64,000 nt of DNA from NCBI GenBank assembly GCA_964304625.1, contig OZ199840.1:8005744-8069743 (forward strand), in the 5' to 3' direction. A program made the position numbers and the translations under genes. Origin of the DNA: Kudoa neothunni (taxonomy: Eukaryota; Animalia; Cnidaria). The notes below the pieces were generated by a model. That model did no database searches. It had not been told where the DNA came from and was given only the letters and a program-made list of their open reading frames with translations. Below, one piece after another: positions 55,441 to 64,000 of the stretch; position 1 is the first letter of the stretch; every line of letters begins with the position of its first letter.

Positions 55441-58400
55441 ATGGAGAAAGCGAAAATCTATTCGGGCATAAATTTGCTCGCCATAATTGATAGTGTGATG
55501 CTGGCTACGGCTCAAGAGTTTTATGGGTTGATCGAAGGAACTATTAGAGATGAGAAACCGCAACACATCAATCAAACTCATTCATTATCCGATTCCAACG
55601 AGACAGTATGGTTGTCGGTGATGGTGGCTGTATTGTCTAATTGGAAAACAATACGATTTAGGGGGATTGCATTGTGAAAATTGTGCTATGGTCTTCACAC
55701 ACCTCCTACATGTTTATTGTGGACAATTCAAACCCCTTGACTATGCTGGATCAAGAGTTTCCCGCCACCTTTGTGGAGGGGATACCAACCAAATGGGACC
55801 CAAAACAAATGGATATCTGTTTCGCAATCAAAAATATTATTCGTACAATGATGATCGATTCTAGCAGTATGAAAAGCGTTGATAACACAAACGGAGGGAG
55901 ACACTTTGTGGCCATTCTTGTTCTTGATGTTGTCGCAAACGTATCCAGGTTAATTGTGTTGGAATGTGCTGACTATAACAATGTTGATACATTTTTTTAC
56001 TAACATTAAATTATTAACGATCCTCTAGTTGGAATGCTTTTACAATGATTTGAATTTGTGTTTGTTGAATTTGGAAGATCATTTTGACATCGAATTTTCC
56101 CTTCCCGGCCCTACATCTAACAACAATGAGCCCGCCACCCCTATTCTGAATCATCGGTCCGTGAAACCCGCTCAAATGATCCCATTTGAAAGCCTCGATT
56201 CTCTCAAATACATTACCATCATGGAAGTCTTTGAAAATAATGATGGATACTATCAACAAGTAGAACGAGATCGAAGTTTGTTCAAATTTACCCGGCAATG
56301 TCATCATCGAGTTAGAATCACTTTTATCAACACAAACGAAGAGCTGCATAATTTCGTTTTCCATGAGTACCTTAAGCTAATCGTAGCCTTTTGATTCTAT
56401 TAGAGTTATCCTGCGTTTGTTTAGGTGTGAAAAGTTTACAGTTCAGCTTCCCAATGGGAACATTGTCCCTATGACTAACGTAATTTATATTGTATGGTGT
56501 CCTCATTGTAAGCTCCGCAACGTAGGTTTTTTTCGTTCATGGGCGTGATGATAAACGATCGTTTTATTTGACAGCTGATTGGGATGTAAATGATGATGAT
56601 TTGTACACTCTAGTAGAAAACAGTGAAAGTAATTTTTTCTTGTTCAATAATTGCATATTACTTTATTTTAAATTGTGATGGTAATTGTATTGAGCCAGTA
56701 TTAAAGGGTTTATTCCAAAGTTAGTTTATACCACTCAGATTTGGGTTATATTAGTTTATTGATTACAAATTATCTTATTAGAATAATAATTTTATTTTCT
56801 AAACCCCTGCTGTATCTATATTTATAATGTAAGAATCATTTTATACTTAGAATAATGTTTGAGGAGTTATTGAGTAAAGTATTTATTTTTAAATATTCAA
56901 ATCGTAATAAATTACTAAGACACTTTTGTTAATTTTATCAGTTTTAATTTTTTTCAGATATTACATAAATATTTTACGAGACGCGTTTAATTCAAAAATA
57001 TTAATGGACGAAATTTATGAATTACTTAATTTAGAAATGATCCCGCCTGTTAATACACTATAAATTATAAAGTTCATATTTTTATAGACAAATATAAAAA
57101 TATTAAAATTACATCGGAACGATAAAAATAATTCATCTTTACGTAATTCTTGAAACTAGTTTTATATTACACGTAAGATTAACTATCTTGATATTTTGAG
57201 TGAGCTAAGCCTTATCGTATAAAGAAACATGCGGATTTCTTTTTCTCATCAGAAGGGGGTAAGCGTCCTATTTGAGTTAAGAAGATCTGATTTAGAAGCA
57301 TTGATCTACTTAATTATTATAAAATTTAAGTAATTTAATATTCTTTGTAGACTATGTCTTGTAAGGATTAGGAATTACCTCATACTGATTTTTATATTAA
57401 CTTCCAAGTCACTCAAAAATTGACACCCTCCAAGTAAAATGGGGTAGAAGTCTACCCCACTTTTTTTGATATAAAGATTCAATATGTATACAAATAATTT
57501 TAGAAAAAATGAATAAATACTTTGTGGTATTTTCAAATGCGCGTGCGCTCGAATTACGTTATATGAAGTTTTTTTATTATTTATTTAATAAATATGTGAC
57601 CTAAAATAACCTATCTAATATTGGAGAATATATCTACGCGAGCTAATGTATTATAACACGCAATAAAGAACAAAACATCGAAATCAATCATTTATTAAAG
57701 CATTTATCGCAAATGTTTTCCGAATGTTATTTACAACACGAAGCTGAACAAACTGAATATTTAATGAAGTTTTACGATCCGTTTTTCTGTCACATAGCTC
57801 ACATATTTTAATGGAGCTGCTTCTATCGTCACTTCGATGATACGTAAAATGAAAATTCCAAGTTGATGTATTCTCTCGTTTTCTTGAAACTAAATATTTA
57901 GTCAACTGACGCACCATCGACTTCAGAAATTCTCTTCTGCTTAGATTGGGCACCTTGAATAATTCTTAATAAATAGAGAATGCATTATTGAGAGAAATAT
58001 CTACCATATTAATGAAAACAACGAGGGGTCGTCGACAGGTAAATCTTCTGACGCTAACAGATGTTATCAATCTTGCGATTGTGTCAACACCCCCTTTGAC
58101 TTTGTTATAATGTATCATTACATCAGGTTTAAAGGATCTTCAGATGACGTTTGAGCATTTGAACAAGATGTACAATAAGATAGACGGGTTTATTTTTTTT
58201 AGATAAATACCGCAATATCATTTTCTTGCCATTAAATACAAAATGGGTAGAGTTAATAGGACAATCCATTTTAGGATACAAAAAAGGTGGAATATCCCTC
58301 TTAATTGACCGAAGCGTACCAATGAACGTTAGTTTCTTGGTGAGAAGTTCGTCTGCAAATTCAACAGATGTGAAAAAATTATCACAGACTAAGTTCCGTC

Positions 58401-61400
58401 CTGAATCTCGGAGTCGTTCCATTAGTTTTAACACCGTATTCTTCTCGACATTTACAGCCCGGCCGTCACATTGGTTTTGTTTTCATAAGTAAACATACGT
58501 TTACAACATCGATGTTTACTTGGGATCAACCAGCAGAAAAAATTTTATGTCGTATTTCGAAGGTTTATTAGGCGTATACTGTCTAAAGGGACAGCGACCT
58601 CTAAATGATATTAGTTGTTCGTCTATACAAACATCTTCATACGGACGGAAAGAACGAGGCAATAAATCGAACCAATGATTCCATAGATCACGAATATGAC
58701 AAAATTTGTCATCTTTTTTTCTGATTTCCCTATTATCTCTACCATCAAAATGAAGAGCTCTAATAATCTGTCTGAATCTATTTAATGGAAACTAATCCCT
58801 TTAAATCTTCGGTCCCTCATTGACCCCAAACAACTCTGATATAGGTTCCCTCTATCTTTATGGATTCCAATGAGTAACATGTAACCAATAAACCCATCTA
58901 ATTCAGGTTGATCTAGGATTTTCCAATTACATTGGAAATGACTTTCCCTAAATTTATTTGTAAAATTGAGGATGATATCATACATCTCCTCTCTGAAAAA
59001 TAATCTAAATGTGTCAATAATTTCGTTTACATTATTAGATGCAAATGGAGAAACACCAGGATGAGTATTCATTATATTTTCGGCACTCGTTCTAGAGCAG
59101 AGGTCGGCAACGACCGGCCCGCGGACCAAATTTGGCCCGTGAGCTTTCCTCATCCGGCCCCGCAAGGGATGTCATTGATAAAGTTAATTTTTTTGACGGT
59201 GCTTATATAATTTCCTCAACTTTTAATGTCGATCTCTTCACCATATAAATAAGCTTAATAACAATGTGAACTATGTTACTTAAGTATTATTCTCTTTTTT
59301 TAAACATAAAAGAGCTTAAAAAAATAAATATCAAAATTTTCCCCCGGGCAAATTCCTTACTTATTTTTACTGATTGTACGATACTAGTTTTATTGTAGGT
59401 AATGGAAACGTTTAATTATTGCTCTTTACGATTTAGAACCATAATTTGAATATATAAACGTTTAAATTCAGCACCAAAAATATCAGGTAAATTATGAAAT
59501 AAAAAATTGTATAAAACCAGTAATTCCCTCATAAAAATATCGAACATTCACGTTCGTTATACTTCTTTTTCTCGTTAAAATAAAAATATATTCTTTTAAA
59601 TTCTAAAATGTAAATTTAATAATCCAATTTTCAATTGTATTGTGAAAAATTTATTACATCTACTGGATTTAAATATATTCTGGTCTGCCTCCTAGTTTGA
59701 CATGATTATCCGACCCGGCAACCTAATAGGATTGTCGACCCCTGTTCTAGAGGGTACAGGTTTTTCGACCCTCCATAAATGACCATGTTTGTCAATTAGA
59801 GACTCTCCTAATACGCTGGTATCTGAATCGAAATTATCCAGCGAAAACCCATCATTGTGTAAACAATTTATGTCAGAACCATCAAAATCCATGAAGCTAT
59901 CGCTGTATTCACTAGAAGAAGGCATATTATCGGTTTGTTGTGTATGCGCATTGCGAAATTTAGCGGAATATTTACTCATTTTTTTAAAATTTACTGAAAT
60001 TTTTTCTATAATTATTTATATATGTATAGAATTATTTGATCAAAAAGCGTGGGGTAGATTTCTATCCCATTTTACTTGGAGGGTGTTTTTGCATTAACTT
60101 TTTTAATATTTATTCAAAAATATTTTATTTTACGTTTATCGAAAGAATTAACAATTATAAAATATTAGATGGAGTATCAATAATATTGGATTCCTCTTAA
60201 TGTCATAAAAGTGACGACAAACCCCGCTTGGGGTAGAAATCTACCCCATTTTATTTAGAAGGTTAATGATGATTTTTTAATATTCGTGATGATGATGTAT
60301 CTTAAAAAATAGTACATTCATATTTGTTAATTATTTACTCAAATAAAAATGATTTTTAAGCATATATCAAAGAATTATAGAAATTTATGCCAAAAATTAT
60401 TAATTTATTGAACTCTGATAACTTATGTCCATAACCTGTATGTTATATCAGTAGTAAAAATATTTGAATGCTCTATATTTTTAATTTTAGCGGTATTGCT
60501 TTTCAATACATAATTTAAAAGCTATTATTACTTATAGCTCATCGAAAACAACAAATTTCAAATAAGTTAAAGTCTGGTTTTGATGAAATTTTTTAAAGTG
60601 ATAGTAACTATTTGGTTTTTAGATAATTAAATTAGTTTCGGTCCAATTTGGACCCATTATAAATTTGAGATCATTGTTGTCTGTCATTATTAAATTTCAT
60701 CAACATAATTATCAGACGCCATTAATAATGTTGAAACTGCCAGAAAAATGAATTAATTTTATAATTTCGTACAAATATGAGTGTAAACATCAAGATAAAT
60801 ATTGCGTTTGTGCAGCATATGATGATATTCAATTAATCGTTGAACAATTCTTTTATTTTTGTTTTCATTTGTTAAATAATTTATAAATATATTATTGTTG
60901 ATTGTTCTGTATTGAATTTAAATTAAATCCTTAAAAGTCAATTTTTAATATCTATATATAATTTTATTGCGGAGGATTCAATTTAACGCGTGTCTTTAAT
61001 GAAATCTACGGTTTCAGTCGTATTAAATGCTTTAATTTATCTGTTTATAGTATAAAATATCTATTTATAATTTCTTTAAATATATAAACCTCTTTGAGAT
61101 CTAAAACCACTCGAAAGAATTTTCCCAATATCTTAAACTGTTAAGGTTTGATATATATATAAGTTTGAATACCACACAAGCCTACTTAGCAACATACGCA
61201 CAGTCAGTCCTTTTTTGTTTATATGATTAAAATGAAAAAAATATACCATCGTAGATTGAATTTTTTATTTCGGTAATGTAAATTTGTAAATTATTCAGAA
61301 ATTTGTTTTAAAATATAAATGAATTTTCTCTCAATGGAAAAAGTAAATTGAGGTAAATTACCTGTGTTGGCAATTTATGTAAAAATTTAACAGCAAGCAT

Positions 61401-64000
61401 AGAAACTTTTTACCAATCAATAATGATTAAACTGTTGCGTGTTAATAACTAGTTATCGTGGTAAAATGGTCACTATAGAAAATTATGATTGTTTATTTAT
61501 TCATTATCTAGATAAAAAAATACACTTGTTCTTGAATTTGTATTTAACTTCGAAACTTGTGAGCCGCCCATTTTCATATCGCTTGGACCTGGAAATAACC
61601 TACAAAACAACACTTGATCGTTTGTTGCCACTTTCCCATCAACCCATGTCCTATAGAATAGCACTCCATTTGGAGGGGCGTGATAAAACAACACTTGTCA
61701 CCTGTAACCAAAACAACAACAACAACAATAATAATAATAATAATAATAACGCTAATAATAATGCTATTAATACCGCCGATATCGATAACCCAATGAACAC
61801 TAGTAGTCTGAGTTCACTTTCTACCACCACTCCAAAACTTGTGCTGACGAAGCAAACTTTTATAAATATGATCAACCCAATCCTAAGAAATAAGATAGCC
61901 AATAGTATGTGCTTCATTTAGATGTTGAATAGATCGACTATTGCTGATCTATATAGGACTTTCAATACTGTTTGACGTCCCACCGAAGGGGTTTTTTGGA
62001 AATCTCTTTGATAATGTTTGTGACAGTGACGATGAAGCTAATTATACTGGGAATTTCGAGTCTACCTACATCAAAATTCCCTCTGTCATTAAGGTGGAAT
62101 GGACATCAATTTTTAAAAAATGGATGGAAACCAAAGTGATCCCGCCAAACGCAATGAATTTGATTAAAACTGTAATTGGAATAGTTTAGATTATTTTTTA
62201 CTTATTTGTTTTGGAACCTTTTTAGTATGGAATTTTTCCAGAAATTCGAAAACAATTTTGGTTGATCTATTCAGGTGCCTATGAACGTCTTGAAGAATTG
62301 TCTCCCATATATTACGATCTTGTGAATAAAGTTGTTGATTTTTCCGAACATTTTAGTTTAATTAGGGTGTATTGGTTTTAGAGCTCTCCCTATGAGAAAA
62401 TCATAGGATGGGATGTCCGCAGAACATTCCCTAGTCATCAATTTTTTAAAAGTTTGTCCGGTCCAGGTCAAACTACATTGTACAATATTTGTAAAGTGAG
62501 TTTTAATAATGTGTGGATATTGTTTATTAAATTTTATTAGGCCTATTCATTATTTGATCCGGAAGTTGGTTATTGTCAAGGAATGTCGTTCATAATAGCT
62601 ACTGTACTTCTTGTGGTAAGTTTATTTTTTTATCTATTGAGAGCGTCTAATAATACTGTATGAGATAATAAATAAATGTATAGGCCAACGAAGTCGAAAC
62701 TTTTGCTATCACTGTACAAATTATGCAAAAATATTCACAACGAGACATTTACATGGAAAATTTTCAATCACTACAATTGGAATTTTTTATATTTGAACGT
62801 CTATTACACGTACATTGGAGCTTGTGAGGCATTTCTTCACTGTACTGTTAAACTAGAAATTTTGCCCCGAACTTCATAAACACCTAAAAAACTGTGGAAT
62901 TGAAAACCATATGTTCCTTACACAATGGATTTTAACAATGTTCTCCGCCAAATTCCCGCTATCTATGACATTTCCTGTGATTGATTTCTTTCTGCTGGAT
63001 GGAAGGCTTGCTCTTATCAAAATATCGATAGCTCTTTTGATGGTGAAATTTTATTTCCACCATTTTTAACAACACCCGTAAATGAATTAGATATCCAAGC
63101 ATGACATTTTAAAATTCAATTTTGATGATATTTTACGCTATTTTCGTTTAAATCTTCCACGATTTTATATCTCCAAGGTCAACTGTCAAAATTTAATCAA
63201 TTTTGCGAGAAACCTTGATGTAAGCGATTTTTCACCGTTCCCTTGATTATTATAATAGGGTGATTTGATTACACGTATGTAGGTGAACAGCGAAGAGATA
63301 GATATGCTTATTCATGATTACAACCGACAAAAAAGCGAAAAATCTCAACCGAATGATCCTGTTGAAAGTTTGAAAGCTGAAAAGAACGTTCTTTTCAATC
63401 GACTAATTCGTATGGAGATTGAAAACGATATTTTGGCAAGGGAACTCATTAAATATCAACTAAAAAACGAAAAACAAGTTGCCTCTGTATTGCATTCGCT
63501 GTTTTGTGTAATGTCTATCGATTGATAATCATTTTAACTTAGTTGGAACAAATCGTTGACGATAAAGACGCTGAAATACAGTATATGTTAAATGAAATCG
63601 AGAACTGTCATGCTCTCATTAAAAAATACTCAAATGAAGAAGGCCTTGTAATTGAGATGTTTTTTGTTTCTTACAGTTTTTTCTAATATTCTCATCTAGA
63701 TAAAAGACACCTTACGAAAATGTATCAGTGATTCAGATCAACAATTGGCTAAAAATTTAAAAATTATTGAACATTATAAATCTGTAAATGTTTTTTGTTG
63801 ATGCTTTAAATGTATATGGTGGATCGGTCAAGATCTGTAACAATATGGAAATAAGATTGGTCAACATGGAATCCGAGAACAAATCAATGTGGGAAGAATT
63901 GAAACAACATGAACCCGAGTGTAAAAATTGTCAGAAAATCTCCATCTTACTTGATAACACCTCTAAACCTAACTCTACTACTACTACTACCGAAGTTTTC
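55441..64000 (+). CDS. RABGAP1: Rab GTPase-activating protein 1 (GAPCenA/RABGAP1-like), multi-exon, incomplete at the window end
   Basis: Divergent N-terminus; middle domain FKFTRQCHHRVRITF..GRDDKRSFYLTADWD..KKIHLFLNL; TBC domain [65 protein letters not shown]; coiled coil DPVESLKAEK..RMEIENDILAREL. Confidence 0.85.
57401..60262 (-). mobile_element. piggyBac transposon (decayed transposase) in RABGAP1 intron 56629-61511
   Basis: TTAA flanks; repeated inverted end motif ccaagtaaaatggggtaga..tctacccc; motifs CIDEQL.SFRGRCPFRQYTPNKPSKY, RNLVCDNFFTS, GTLR, YNKVKGGVD; Cys-rich C-terminus. Confidence 0.92.
59098..59744. mobile_element. Non-autonomous hAT (Charlie-type) element inserted in the piggyBac ORF
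   Basis: TIRs cagaggtcggcaac / attgtcgacccctg; perfect 8-bp TSD TTCTAGAG at 59090-59097 and 59745-59752. Confidence 0.92.
61710..61762 (+). repeat. (AAC)n(AAT)n coding microsatellite giving poly-Asn in RABGAP1
   Basis: Trinucleotide tract within an in-frame exon. Confidence 0.85.

Noticed and set aside
61651-61917. Poly-Leu minus-strand ORF resembling a membrane protein
   Set aside because: Antisense of the poly-Asn microsatellite in RABGAP1

Overview
AT-rich eukaryotic DNA, almost certainly animal (PERK, an ANTP-class homeobox gene and a SEA/EGF transmembrane mucin are present). Genes are compact, with many GT-AG introns of about 40-65 bp, so the ORF track shows only exon fragments. Hand-spliced genes in order: an NK-like homeobox gene (-), PERK/EIF2AK3 (+), a tight cluster of WDR46/UTP7 (-), ARP5 (+), HEI10/CCNB1IP1 (-) and PTPA (-), then a SENP/Ulp1 SUMO protease (-), a very large transmembrane mucin with a 6-kb exon of strict Ser/Thr hexapeptides (-), and RABGAP1 (+, runs off the window). 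Intergenic DNA and the three largest introns are filled with decayed, often nested DNA transposons (pogo/Tigger, piggyBac, hAT, Tc1/IS630-type DD34E, MULE, Merlin) and MITEs. Divergent proteins and tiny introns suggest a fast-evolving, reduced metazoan such as a myxozoan or orthonectid; that is inference only. The most notable items are the hexapeptide mucin with higher-order repeats, a MULE-Merlin chimeric transposase locus, a possible PTPA-HEI10 polycistron with an unpaired splice acceptor, and a retained meiotic HEI10. All family calls come from recalled motifs, not database searches.
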